64,000 bases of DNA from positions 310,001 to 374,000 of the IMG/VR virus record IMGVR_UViG_3300037297_000066, one strand, 5' to 3'. Below, one piece after another: positions 1-9,264 of this stretch; position 1 is the first letter of the stretch; each line of letters starts with the position of its first letter. The notes below the pieces were generated by a model. That model was given only the letters and a program-made list of their open reading frames with translations, ran no database searches and was not told where the DNA came from. The translations under genes and the position numbers were made by a program.

Positions 1-1
1 T

Positions 2-142
2 GGTCCTACTGTGGTGACTTTGAGCCCCAACGACTTTTTGAGTCAGTCTGTTGTGGACTTGAACGCTGATACGTTCTACAAGAGAGTACTCGGAACTCTG
101 CAGGGGGTCTTTACTGAAGAGTATCCGACGGCCAGTCTGTGA
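2..142 (+). CDS. 3' end of a hypothetical protein (truncated by window start)
   Basis: Open frame from base 2 (GPTVVTLSPNDFLSQ...YPTASL) to TGA at 140-142, followed 7 nt later by the next ATG. Confidence 0.55.
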   Translation, partial: GPTVVTLSPNDFLSQSVVDLNADTFYKRVLGTLQGVFTEEYPTASL

Positions 143-149
143 GGTTGCT

Positions 150-392
150 ATGTCCGAAAAGGCAGAAGCTGTCGAGGCTGTTTTGCCTGCTTCAGAAGCT
201 GTAGAGAAGGCTCCTAAAGACTTCGAACAACCCCCTCGAAAGACGGTGCAGATTCGTTGTCGAATGCCTAAGTGCGATTCGATGTTGCATTACGAACTTT
301 TGGGAGCGGACGGAGTCCCACTACGAGCCTATGAGTGCGTGGAGTGTGGCAACGTTTGGAACTTGAACCTGGGTGGAGACCCTGGTTTTTAG
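150..392 (+). CDS. Small zinc-ribbon protein
   Basis: 80 aa; CRMPKC...CVEC four-Cys pattern; GAGG upstream of ATG. Confidence 0.7.
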   Translation: MSEKAEAVEAVLPASEAVEKAPKDFEQPPRKTVQIRCRMPKCDSMLHYELLGADGVPLRAYECVECGNVWNLNLGGDPGF

Positions 393-455
393 GCTGTTTT
401 CGTTGTCCAGCCCGCCGGTTAGCTACTTCGTTTATCAGACGTCCTAACTGCCCCT

Positions 456-668
456 ATGCCTTCCTCTACGAAGCCTAATAGCTTGATGTTCTGCACGAGC
501 TGCAGGGGCAGACTAGAAATGAGTGGGAGGGAGCCTTACCGCTACGTGTGCTCCGATTGTGGGCAGAACTTCATGGCTGTGATGCAGCTTGTGCCTGTGG
601 CTTCGAATCAGGAGTCACCCCAACTTCCAGGAGAGTCTGTTGCTGGATCGGGTGAAGGAACAAGCTGA
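456..668 (+). CDS. Small zinc-ribbon protein
   Basis: 70 aa; CTSC-x15-CSDC; overlaps the start of holB. Confidence 0.6.
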   Translation: MPSSTKPNSLMFCTSCRGRLEMSGREPYRYVCSDCGQNFMAVMQLVPVASNQESPQLPGESVAGSGEGTS

Positions 669-1572
669 AGGCGTTCGCTTCCTGCGTAGGGTAGTTGACG
701 GTAACCTGACCACCCCTCTCATGCTAGTGGGGCCGGAGGGTACCGGCCGCAGGTTATCCGTTCTTGAAGCTGCTAGAGAGATGTTTGGAGGAGGCGAGCA
801 TCACGATCTTTTGATCGACGAAGGGAAGCACCCTGATTTGAAGGTGCTGGTTCCAGAATCTGGCAAGGATCTGGGAGTGGATGCTGTTCGAGGGCTGTTG
901 AGGGAGACGATCTTCTTTCCCGTTGACGCTCCCAAGAAGTTTTTCGTTATCGATGAGGCTGACCGAATGACTCCAGCAGCGTCCAACGCTTTGCTGAAGA
1001 CGTTGGAGGAGCCGCCAAGCACGTGTCGCTTCTTTCTTCTGGTGCAGTCTACTGACCGAGTTTTGCCAACGATTCGGTCTCGTTGCGGCGTTGTTCAGTA
1101 CCGTCAGTTGTCTGAGTCGTTGGTGATGAGTCACCTTAGTCGTTTCGAGAAGGACGGCACTAAAGCACTTGTCTACGCTCGCTTAGCAGAAGGCTCTATA
1201 GGAAGAGCCGTTTCCCTATGGGGCTCCGGTCGTCTCACTTTACGAGATCAAGTCTTGGGGCTCTTAAAAACAGGGTTATCAGGCGACACGTCTTCTCTCT
1301 TTTCGACTGTGGATGGGCTACAGTCAGAACTCCCGTTGGGTCTTCGTTTTCTAGAACACGTAGTTCAAGATCTGCTGATGCTTCCCTACTGTTCAGAGCG
1401 TTTGACCAACCTAGATGTCGTCGATTCTCTGACGGATCTAAGGGCTCAAATGGGGGACGCTCGTTTGAGGAAGCTTCGAGAGGGTTTGAAGTCTTTGTTG
1501 GGTAAGACCTACCTGACGACGTTGCCCTTTCATACCAAGACGTTTTTGGCTGACGTGTTGGAGGGCGGTTGA
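640..1572 (+). CDS. holB: DNA polymerase III delta' (clamp loader) subunit
   Basis: Degenerate Walker A GPEGTGRR, FFVIDEADRMTPAASNALLKTLEEPP, TIRSRC; start moved from 589 to TTG 640, which has GGAG upstream. Confidence 0.9.
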   Translation: MLDRVKEQAEGVRFLRRVVDGNLTTPLMLVGPEGTGRRLSVLEAAREMFGGGEHHDLLIDEGKHPDLKVLVPESGKDLGVDAVRGLLRETIFFPVDAPKKFFVIDEADRMTPAASNALLKTLEEPPSTCRFFLLVQSTDRVLPTIRSRCGVVQYRQLSESLVMSHLSRFEKDGTKALVYARLAEGSIGRAVSLWGSGRLTLRDQVLGLLKTGLSGDTSSLFSTVDGLQSELPLGLRFLEHVVQDLLMLPYCSERLTNLDVVDSLTDLRAQMGDARLRKLREGLKSLLGKTYLTTLPFHTKTFLADVLEGG

Positions 1573-2543
1573 TGGCTAAGCCCTTCCCGTTCCACGTGGC
1601 CTATGGAGAAGACACCTTCATGTTGGGGCGTCACCTGGCATTCGGAAGGTCTTTCCGGAACCGAGACATAATTCAGCTGGACGGGGCTGTTGTTGGTGAA
1701 GAGGAACTGGTTTCTGCCTGTGAGTCCTTTTCGCTTGGGGGTCAAGATCGGGTAGTTGTTTTGGACAACGCCCAGAAGGTGAAAGGCAAGGAACTATCTC
1801 GGTACATCGAGGAGAAGGAGCGTAAGGATCTGGCTACGATTCTGGTGGCTGTGGTTCGAGCCAAGTCACTCCCTGATCCGTGGTCTAAGCTTGGCTCCAA
1901 AGGTCAAACGGTTTGTTTTCAGGAGTTGAAGCCGTGGTCGGAGGAGCCTGCCAAAAAACTGATGGCAGAGGAAGCAGAGCGTTTGGGGATCAAGTTGAGT
2001 GTGGAAGTACCGGGGATCCTTTGGAGATCCCTAGGGAACAACTCCGGGCGCATCTGCAACGAGCTCGGCAAGCTTTCGGTGTTGGTAGGCCCCCGAGGCA
2101 CTGTCAAAAAAGAACACCTGAAGCTGGTGTTGTCTGCGATACCTTCGGTAGACAGTTACCAGGCGACTCAACTAGCTGAAGCAGCCTTTAGTTTCAAGGT
2201 CAACACGGCCATGAAGAAGGCGTCTTCGTTGTACAAACATCAGGGGGAAGGGGTTTCTGTGCCTATCGTCTCTGCTTTGATGAAGCAGGCAGAGCGCTAC
2301 TATGTTGCTCGTAGGATGCTTGATTCGGGGGACACCGTAGGGATAGTGGCCCATCGGTTTGGGATGGGGGGTAGTCGAGAGTTTTTCTTCAAGAGAGATG
2401 TGCTGCCTAGTGTGCAGAAGCGAACTGCCGTTTCTCTTTTGAAGCAGATGAAATTTCTATGCGAACTAGATGTGAAGGTAAAGGGACCGGCTCACTCGAA
2501 AAGGTCCTTGGTCGAGCTGGCAGTGTTGTCCATCACCTCATGA
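1572..2543 (+). CDS. holA: DNA polymerase III delta subunit (HolA-like)
   Basis: YGED at the N-terminus, NELGKL lid motif, C-terminal ELDVKVKG...LVELAV typical of delta; ATG overlaps the holB stop. Confidence 0.8.
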   Translation: MAKPFPFHVAYGEDTFMLGRHLAFGRSFRNRDIIQLDGAVVGEEELVSACESFSLGGQDRVVVLDNAQKVKGKELSRYIEEKERKDLATILVAVVRAKSLPDPWSKLGSKGQTVCFQELKPWSEEPAKKLMAEEAERLGIKLSVEVPGILWRSLGNNSGRICNELGKLSVLVGPRGTVKKEHLKLVLSAIPSVDSYQATQLAEAAFSFKVNTAMKKASSLYKHQGEGVSVPIVSALMKQAERYYVARRMLDSGDTVGIVAHRFGMGGSREFFFKRDVLPSVQKRTAVSLLKQMKFLCELDVKVKGPAHSKRSLVELAVLSITS

Positions 2544-2552
2544 GGAACTCCA

Positions 2553-4493
2553 ATGGAGATCGTCACCGTTTCCCAACCCATTGAATTTCGACTTCGTGAA
2601 GACTTCTTGGCTCCTTACCGGCAGAAAGGGGACCCGTTCACTAGTCTCTTGGCTCGCTCTACCTATCTGACAAAGTATTGCCGGGAAGGAGAGACTTGGA
2701 CGGACACTGTCCGGCGTGTAGTGGAGGGGAATTTGTCCTTGGTGATGGGAAGCAGCAACACGGAAGCAGAGTTGCTCTTTCATCTGTTTTGGACGGGCCA
2801 GTCGCTGCCCCCTGGCCGTGGTCTTTGGGTCGGGGGCGTTCCGGGCATTCCTTCTGATGCCAGGTACAACTGCTGGTATACAACCCTCTATGGTATCGAC
2901 GATTGGTGCTGGATTGCCAATCAGCTCATGTTGGGAGGGGGCGTCGGAGTTGGGTTGCTAGAGATCGATAAGATGCCTGTGGTTCTGAAAAGCAACGCTC
3001 GCCTGGTTCTACGGTGTGCGTCGTCTCACCCGAACCGAGACGAAGTCAAACCTGATGACAACGATCCCCTTAACGGGAGCACGCAGGTGTTCGTGATTCC
3101 CGACTCCCGGGAAGGTTGGGTGGAAGGCATTGGTATGATGCTGGAACACGCTTTCAATGGCGTGGACCTGATCATGGATGTGAGCAAGATCCGTCCCCGG
3201 GGGCAGCCTCTTAAGACCTTTGGCGGAATCGCTTGTGGACCAGGTCCTTTGGCTCACCTTCTTCGGTCGGCTTGGAAGATCATACGAGGGGGCCAGGGCC
3301 GGAAGTTGACCTCTGTCGAGGTCCTGGATGTGACCAACCACATTGGGCTGTGCATCAAGAGCGGTAACGTTCGGCGTTCGGCCATGATCACTCTGGGAAG
3401 TGCCTATGACCAAGCCTTCCGGGACGCCAAGAAGGATTGGGAGGCAGTCGCTTCTCATCGGCACACCAGCAACAACTCGATTGCGTTCCAGTCGTGGAAG
3501 GAGATCGAGGATTTCGATTGGCGTTCTTTGGTGGAGGACAACTCAGTCTATGGAGAGCCTGGCATTCTGAACTTGCCTTTAGGATGGCAGACGGATCCCG
3601 GGGCTAAGGGAGTGAACCCTTGTGGTGAGCAGCTTTTGCACGATCGAGAGGCATGCAACTTGGGGGAGGTGTTCCCGGCAAAGTTTGAAAAAGATCTGGA
3701 TCCTGTAGTGGCGTTTAGGCTCGTGACCCGTTACTGCCTCAGGCAGAGGATGACCCCTCTTTTGGATTCTCAAAGCCAAGCGGTGGGTACCCAAAACATG
3801 CGGATTGGAGTTGGTCTTGGAGGGATCTGCGATTTCGATTGGACCCCTGAGATGCTGGCCAACTGGTTCATGGTGTGCCGGAAAGAGGCTGACAGCTATG
3901 CTGACGAGCTAGGGGTCAATCGACCTACAACCGTCACCACTGTCAAGCCTTCGGGGACTGTCAGTTTGCTCAATGGATCGAGTCCAGGGATGCATGCTCC
4001 CGAGGCTCCTTACTACCTTCGGAGAACCCGGATCGCTAAGAACGATCCGATGTCTTACGCCATGATGGAGGCGGGTGTCCCCTTCGAGGAGGATGTGTAC
4101 GACAAGTCAGGGAACACTTGGGTGTTTTCTTTCCCGATGAAGGCTCCTCATACCACGTTCACTCGAAGCACTGAAACTTTGCTAGAGCAGTTCGAGCGGC
4201 AGGCGGCGGTGCAGGAATGGTGGTCTGACAATGCTGTTTCGGCCACTCTCAATTTCAATGCGGATACGGAGCGGGAAGAACTAGCTTCGTGTCTCAAAGA
4301 ATTCGTTCCACGTCTCAAGAGCACCAGCTGTATGCCCCGGGCCCACGGCTACGAGCAGCCTCCTTACGAGCCGATCGACGAGATCACCTACCGGCGTATG
4401 GCTGGCTACATCAACAACGAGCATCCTCTAGTAGGGGGCGGCGAGATCGAGGTAGCCGATTCGTGTTCCAGTGGGGCTTGTCCGATTCGATGA
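2553..4493 (+). CDS. nrdJ: Class II (adenosylcobalamin-dependent) ribonucleotide reductase
   Basis: RYNC, GVNPCGE, TTVKPSGT motifs and the C-terminal CSSGACPIR redox pair; no adjacent beta-subunit gene. Confidence 0.9.
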   Translation: MEIVTVSQPIEFRLREDFLAPYRQKGDPFTSLLARSTYLTKYCREGETWTDTVRRVVEGNLSLVMGSSNTEAELLFHLFWTGQSLPPGRGLWVGGVPGIPSDARYNCWYTTLYGIDDWCWIANQLMLGGGVGVGLLEIDKMPVVLKSNARLVLRCASSHPNRDEVKPDDNDPLNGSTQVFVIPDSREGWVEGIGMMLEHAFNGVDLIMDVSKIRPRGQPLKTFGGIACGPGPLAHLLRSAWKIIRGGQGRKLTSVEVLDVTNHIGLCIKSGNVRRSAMITLGSAYDQAFRDAKKDWEAVASHRHTSNNSIAFQSWKEIEDFDWRSLVEDNSVYGEPGILNLPLGWQTDPGAKGVNPCGEQLLHDREACNLGEVFPAKFEKDLDPVVAFRLVTRYCLRQRMTPLLDSQSQAVGTQNMRIGVGLGGICDFDWTPEMLANWFMVCRKEADSYADELGVNRPTTVTTVKPSGTVSLLNGSSPGMHAPEAPYYLRRTRIAKNDPMSYAMMEAGVPFEEDVYDKSGNTWVFSFPMKAPHTTFTRSTETLLEQFERQAAVQEWWSDNAVSATLNFNADTEREELASCLKEFVPRLKSTSCMPRAHGYEQPPYEPIDEITYRRMAGYINNEHPLVGGGEIEVADSCSSGACPIR

Positions 4494-4756
4494 CGGACAT
4501 TCGTGCCTTAGGCCACCTTCTGGAAGGGGTGGTGGAGCAGGACCCTCTTACGGATCATTATCAAATTCGTACGGTGGACTCGGACGGGCGTCACGTCTCA
4601 GTGGATCTGCATGCGTTGTTGGAGAAGTACCAAGGTAAGCCTGTTCGGCTTACCTTAGCCTCCCTGGAGAACCTGGCCAAACTGGCTGCTCTGGTAGAGA
4701 GTCAGGGAGGAGGGGGCCAGGTGACGGGTGTAGGGTCGGATCTGCTTCGCAAATAG
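4490..4756 (+). CDS. Hypothetical protein (88 aa)
   Basis: ATG at 4490 overlaps the nrdJ stop (ATGA); MTDIRALGHLLEG... Confidence 0.7.
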   Translation: MTDIRALGHLLEGVVEQDPLTDHYQIRTVDSDGRHVSVDLHALLEKYQGKPVRLTLASLENLAKLAALVESQGGGGQVTGVGSDLLRK

Positions 4757-4780
4757 GACCATCTAGTGTAGAACGGAGTC

Positions 4781-6706
4781 GTGGACTTCTTCGACCAGAT
4801 GGATGAGGCTCGTATTGCCGAGCTGGAAAAGAAAATTTCCGAGGCTCGCAAATCCTACTTCAACGGGGTGGCTACCGTTTCAGACGAGCTGTACGACGCT
4901 TGGATGGACGAGCTAGAGGAGCTGAAGAAGGACAGCCCTCAGGTCCTGGCTGTAGGAGCCCCGGTTTCTGAAGCGTGGCCTAAGACTCGCCATGTCATTC
5001 CCATGGGATCCTTGGGGAAGATCAACTCTTTGGAGGAGCTCACTTCTTGGGTTCACGAGGTCAGTCGTCCTCCCACGAAGGAAATCCCCTATGAAGAGCT
5101 GATTGTCACAGACAAGCTGGATGGGTTGAGCACTTCGATCACTTATGTAGAGGGTGTTCTTACCCAGGGGGTGACTCGTGGGGATGGTCTAGTTGGTTCG
5201 GACGTCACTCCCAACATCGCTCGTATTCCAGACGTTCCCAACAAGCTACCTAAGCCGCTTGACCTGACTTTGAGAGCTGAGATAGTGCTCTACCGAGGTG
5301 TGTTTGAAGAGCGTTTCCAATCAAACTACAAGAACACTCGAAACGCAGCCTCTGGCATCATTCAAAGGCTGGATGGTAGAGGGTGCGAGCATTTGAGCGT
5401 GCGATTCTTCGAGGTGGCCGAGGGGTTTGACTGCGAGAAGCGTTCTGATCAGTTCGAGTTTATGGATCAGTTGGGGCTACCTATCCCCAACTGGTATGTG
5501 ACGGCTATGGTGCCTGGGGCCAAGACCCCTCACGATTTGTGGGTTGAGTATCAGCAGACCGTTCGGGAGCAGTTACCTTACGACATTGATGGCCTGGTAG
5601 TGGAGGTCAACGACCTTGGGTATCTTTTGGAGTTGGGGATAGGAAGCGACAACCGTCCCAAGGGGGCCCGAGCCTTCAAGTTTTCTGCGGTGACTCGGGA
5701 AACGGTTGCCGTTCGGAGGATCGACCAGGTGGGGGGAACGGGGCGTATCACCCCAGTGGCTGAGTTCCGACCCGTTCGCTTGTTGGGGGCAGAGGTCTCC
5801 AGAGCCAGTCTCTACAACCAGGACTACATCAAGCAGATCGGTTTCGATGTGGGGGCCAAGATCTTGGTGGCCCGAGCCAATGATGTGATCCCCAGGGTGG
5901 TCTCTGTGTTGCAGCCCACTGGAACGATCTCTAAACCTCCGACCCATTGTCCGGAATGCGGTACCCCCACAGAATGGGACGGAAAGTTCCTGATCTGTCC
6001 AAACATCTATGAGTGTCCGGCCCAGACTGAGGGTCGGATCAAACAGTGGATTCGAGAGTTGAACATCCTTGGGTGGGGGGACGTTCTCATTGAGAGACTG
6101 GTTTCCGAGAAATTGGTGACCTCGGTTCCGGACCTCTACAAGCTCTCCAGAGAGCAGATCGCCTCTTTGGACCGGATGGGCACCACTTCGGCAGAAAACG
6201 TCTTGAGGACGCTCTGGGAGGTCGTACCGATGCCTCTGGAGCAGTTTTTGGGAGCTCTATCCATTCCCTTCTGTGCCACTACCACGGTTCGGATCATCGT
6301 GGATGCGGGATTTGACTCGTTGGCCAAAATACAGGAGGCTTCCGAGCAGGATCTTCAGCAGATCGCTGGGGTGGGCCCCCGGAGAGCCTCGGCTATCTGT
6401 GGGTGGCTCCGGCGTCATGAAGACCTTCTCTCTGACCTGCAGGAGGCGGGGGTCAAGATCAAGGATCGTCCAGTCGGAGTGTTGACTGGCAAGAGTATCT
6501 GCTTCACGGGCAAGATGGCCTACAAGCGGGCAGAGATGGAAAGAATGGCGCAGGAGCAAGGGGCTTCTGTAAAGAACACGGTGGGAAAGGGTCTTACTCT
6601 TTTGGTAGTGGGGGACAATGTTGGGCAGAAGAAAATCGCTGCTGCTCAGAAACACAAGACGCAAACTCTCACCGTGGAAGAGTTTCTTCAGTTGATTGGC
6701 GGCTAA
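4781..6706 (+). CDS. ligA: NAD-dependent DNA ligase
   Basis: MGSLGK, KLDG adenylation motif, DIDG, AFKF, CPEC zinc finger, HhH repeats, C-terminal BRCT (ICFTG). Confidence 0.95.
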   Translation: MDFFDQMDEARIAELEKKISEARKSYFNGVATVSDELYDAWMDELEELKKDSPQVLAVGAPVSEAWPKTRHVIPMGSLGKINSLEELTSWVHEVSRPPTKEIPYEELIVTDKLDGLSTSITYVEGVLTQGVTRGDGLVGSDVTPNIARIPDVPNKLPKPLDLTLRAEIVLYRGVFEERFQSNYKNTRNAASGIIQRLDGRGCEHLSVRFFEVAEGFDCEKRSDQFEFMDQLGLPIPNWYVTAMVPGAKTPHDLWVEYQQTVREQLPYDIDGLVVEVNDLGYLLELGIGSDNRPKGARAFKFSAVTRETVAVRRIDQVGGTGRITPVAEFRPVRLLGAEVSRASLYNQDYIKQIGFDVGAKILVARANDVIPRVVSVLQPTGTISKPPTHCPECGTPTEWDGKFLICPNIYECPAQTEGRIKQWIRELNILGWGDVLIERLVSEKLVTSVPDLYKLSREQIASLDRMGTTSAENVLRTLWEVVPMPLEQFLGALSIPFCATTTVRIIVDAGFDSLAKIQEASEQDLQQIAGVGPRRASAICGWLRRHEDLLSDLQEAGVKIKDRPVGVLTGKSICFTGKMAYKRAEMERMAQEQGASVKNTVGKGLTLLVVGDNVGQKKIAAAQKHKTQTLTVEEFLQLIGG

Positions 6707-8881
6707 ATGGCTTGGGTTGCGGGACGTGTTACGTCAGTCAAGTTCACTTCGGATAGTTTTTGCGTCTGTGAGCTGAGAGTCGCTGAAGCAGCGCCTTTAG
6801 CGTCTTCTTTGATCACCGTCAAAGGCCATTTCTACGGATTGCTGCAGGTGGCTCATGGCATGCCTATCAAAGTGATTGGTACTTGGAGAACTCATCCAAA
6901 GTACGGTCGTCAGTTTCACGTGAGCTCGTGGGAACCTTGGGCTAGGAATGATAACGAGAGAGTTCACTTTCTGAGTCTCTGCATCCAGGACTTTGGGATA
7001 GGGCCAGCCCAAGCGGTAGTTCAGGAGTATGGGTCCGAAGTTTTCGAGGCTCTGACGCACAAGGCGTCCGAGGTCTTGTCAAAGGTCAAGAAGGACGGGA
7101 TAGGGCCAGCCCTTCTCAGTTGGAAGGTAGCCTTGTCCACAAGAGATGTGACTGTCCTTCTTCGTAGCGGGGGTCTGAAGTCAGCTGAAGTAGCTTCGGC
7201 TATGGCTCGTTTTGGTTTGGAGGCGGGGACCGTCATCAAGAAGAATCCTTACCGTCTCATGGAGATCTCGGGGTACGACTTTTCCAAAGTAGACTTGCTG
7301 GCCAAATACCTAGGGTTTGACCGGAACGCTCCTTGTCGATTGGAGGGACTTGTCTTGTGGGCTCTCCAAGCAGCTGCCTTGGATGGGCATCTGTATCTTC
7401 GAAGAGGAGACATCTCCCAACATGTGACCGAGCTGTTGGATCGGAATTCGACGGCGGGTCCGGATCTTGATGACTGTGCTTCTGACACCTATGCTCGGGT
7501 AGTGGCTGAATTGGAGGGGCGTCGAGTAGTAGTGGTGGACTCTGGTACGGGGGTCTACTTGCCTGAGTTCTATGAGTACGAGAGAACGTCAGCTAAGATG
7601 TTTGGGGAGTTGTTGAAGCCCTCCCCTATCGAGGTAGATCTGAAGCCTTTTCTGGAAGAGTATGAGCGCTCAAATCGAATCACGTTGTCAGAGGCTCAGC
7701 GGGAGGCTGTTTCATCTTTGGCAGAGCATCGGGTTCTCGTCCTTACAGGGCTCCCGGGGACTGGTAAAACAACGGCGCTCAGGGCACTAGTTCGATTGTT
7801 TGAAGAGGCTAGAACCTCCTTTGTGTTGATGGCTCCTACCGGGGTGGCGGCCAAACGGTTGGCTGCTGTTACGGGTCATCCTGCTGCGACCGTGCATCGT
7901 ACTCTCAGGTATGATGGGAGTTCCTGGGGGCACAACCAGAACAACCGTTTTTTGGTGGACGCTGCCATCGTGGATGAGGTGAGTATGATGGATCAGGAGT
8001 TGTTCTATAGACTTCTGTCCGCTCTTCGTTCTGACACGATGTTGGTCCTGGTAGGGGATGATGCCCAGCTTCCCTCAGTAGGCCCTGGCAATGTGTTGCA
8101 GCAGTTGGTGTCTTGCAGGAGTGTGCCTCACATCAAGCTAACTCAGATCTACCGACAAGACGAGAAAGGGGACATCGTCTCCAACAGTCACAAGATCAAT
8201 CGGGGGGAGATGCTCGACCTTCCTAACCCCAGGCTTCCCTCAGAGTTCAAGCTGGTTCGGATCCGGGATGAGGAGAAGATCGCAGACTTTATCGTGCAGT
8301 TGGCTACTAAGCTCAAGAGCAAGGATGCCAATTTCCAGGTGCTTTCTCCTAAGTACGCTGGTGAGGTAGGTGTAGACTCTCTCAACGAAAGGTTGCGTGA
8401 TGCTCTCAACCCCAAAGGCCCTCCTGAGTGGAACGGACATGGGTTGAACTTTCGGTTAGGGGACCGGTTGATGGTGGTCAAGAATGACTACGAACTGGAC
8501 GTTTACAATGGGGATGTGGGGAAGCTGGTCAAGATTGGATCTGACCATCTCCTGGTGAGAGTCCACGGGGAAGGCGTAGACTCAGAAGTTGAGTTTCCGA
8601 TTGGGTCGGTTCCAGATAAGCTTCGTTTGGCCTACTGTGTGACGGCCCACAAGAGCCAAGGCTCTGAGTTCGATACCATTGTGATGCCTGTGGTTCGTAG
8701 CCAAGGACGTATGTTGCAACGCAACTTGCTCTACACAGCTGTCACCCGGGCCCGGGAGCATGTTTGGTTGGTGGGGGAGGAAGCGGCTGTTCAAAGGGCC
8801 ATCGCCAATGATAAGGTGGTCCGCAGGAACACTGTGTTGGCGAAAACCATTTCTTCAGTGGTGGAGAGTCTGTGTCCCTGA
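6707..8881 (+). CDS. recD2: RecD2-family SF1B helicase
   Basis: HPKYGRQF, NPYRL, GLPGTGKTT, DEVSM, GDDAQLPSVGPG, HKSQGSEF, RNLLYTAVTRA. Confidence 0.93.
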   Translation: MAWVAGRVTSVKFTSDSFCVCELRVAEAAPLASSLITVKGHFYGLLQVAHGMPIKVIGTWRTHPKYGRQFHVSSWEPWARNDNERVHFLSLCIQDFGIGPAQAVVQEYGSEVFEALTHKASEVLSKVKKDGIGPALLSWKVALSTRDVTVLLRSGGLKSAEVASAMARFGLEAGTVIKKNPYRLMEISGYDFSKVDLLAKYLGFDRNAPCRLEGLVLWALQAAALDGHLYLRRGDISQHVTELLDRNSTAGPDLDDCASDTYARVVAELEGRRVVVVDSGTGVYLPEFYEYERTSAKMFGELLKPSPIEVDLKPFLEEYERSNRITLSEAQREAVSSLAEHRVLVLTGLPGTGKTTALRALVRLFEEARTSFVLMAPTGVAAKRLAAVTGHPAATVHRTLRYDGSSWGHNQNNRFLVDAAIVDEVSMMDQELFYRLLSALRSDTMLVLVGDDAQLPSVGPGNVLQQLVSCRSVPHIKLTQIYRQDEKGDIVSNSHKINRGEMLDLPNPRLPSEFKLVRIRDEEKIADFIVQLATKLKSKDANFQVLSPKYAGEVGVDSLNERLRDALNPKGPPEWNGHGLNFRLGDRLMVVKNDYELDVYNGDVGKLVKIGSDHLLVRVHGEGVDSEVEFPIGSVPDKLRLAYCVTAHKSQGSEFDTIVMPVVRSQGRMLQRNLLYTAVTRAREHVWLVGEEAAVQRAIANDKVVRRNTVLAKTISSVVESLCP

Positions 8882-9264
8882 AAGACCTTCCTGAGCAAGC
8901 CAGAGAGCGGTTGAAAAGGCTTCAGCAGGAGATCCAGGTTGACAAGGTCACGGTCTCCTTCTCGATCGAAAACCGAACTTTTGATGGGCGCAAGGTTTCA
9001 GCGTTTTTCGCTTCTACTGCCTCTCGTGGGCACCTTTCTAACGAGGGGCCTACAGATCAAGGCTGGGGGTTAGACGATTGTCGTTTGGTGACCCACTTGC
9101 TGAGCAAAGAGGTCGTCTTCATCACCTATCAGAACGCCGTGAGACAAAGAGTTATGTCTGCCTCACAGGCCAAGAAAGAACTGGTAGAGATTCTGAAAGC
9201 TTACGACGAGGACATCCGTAAACGGTTGGAAAAAGAAAGGGTCTCGGGTAGTAAAGAGACATGA
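8872..9264 (+). CDS. Hypothetical protein
   Basis: 130-aa ORF overlapping both neighbours in an operon-like arrangement. Confidence 0.7.
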   Translation: MSLKDLPEQARERLKRLQQEIQVDKVTVSFSIENRTFDGRKVSAFFASTASRGHLSNEGPTDQGWGLDDCRLVTHLLSKEVVFITYQNAVRQRVMSASQAKKELVEILKAYDEDIRKRLEKERVSGSKET

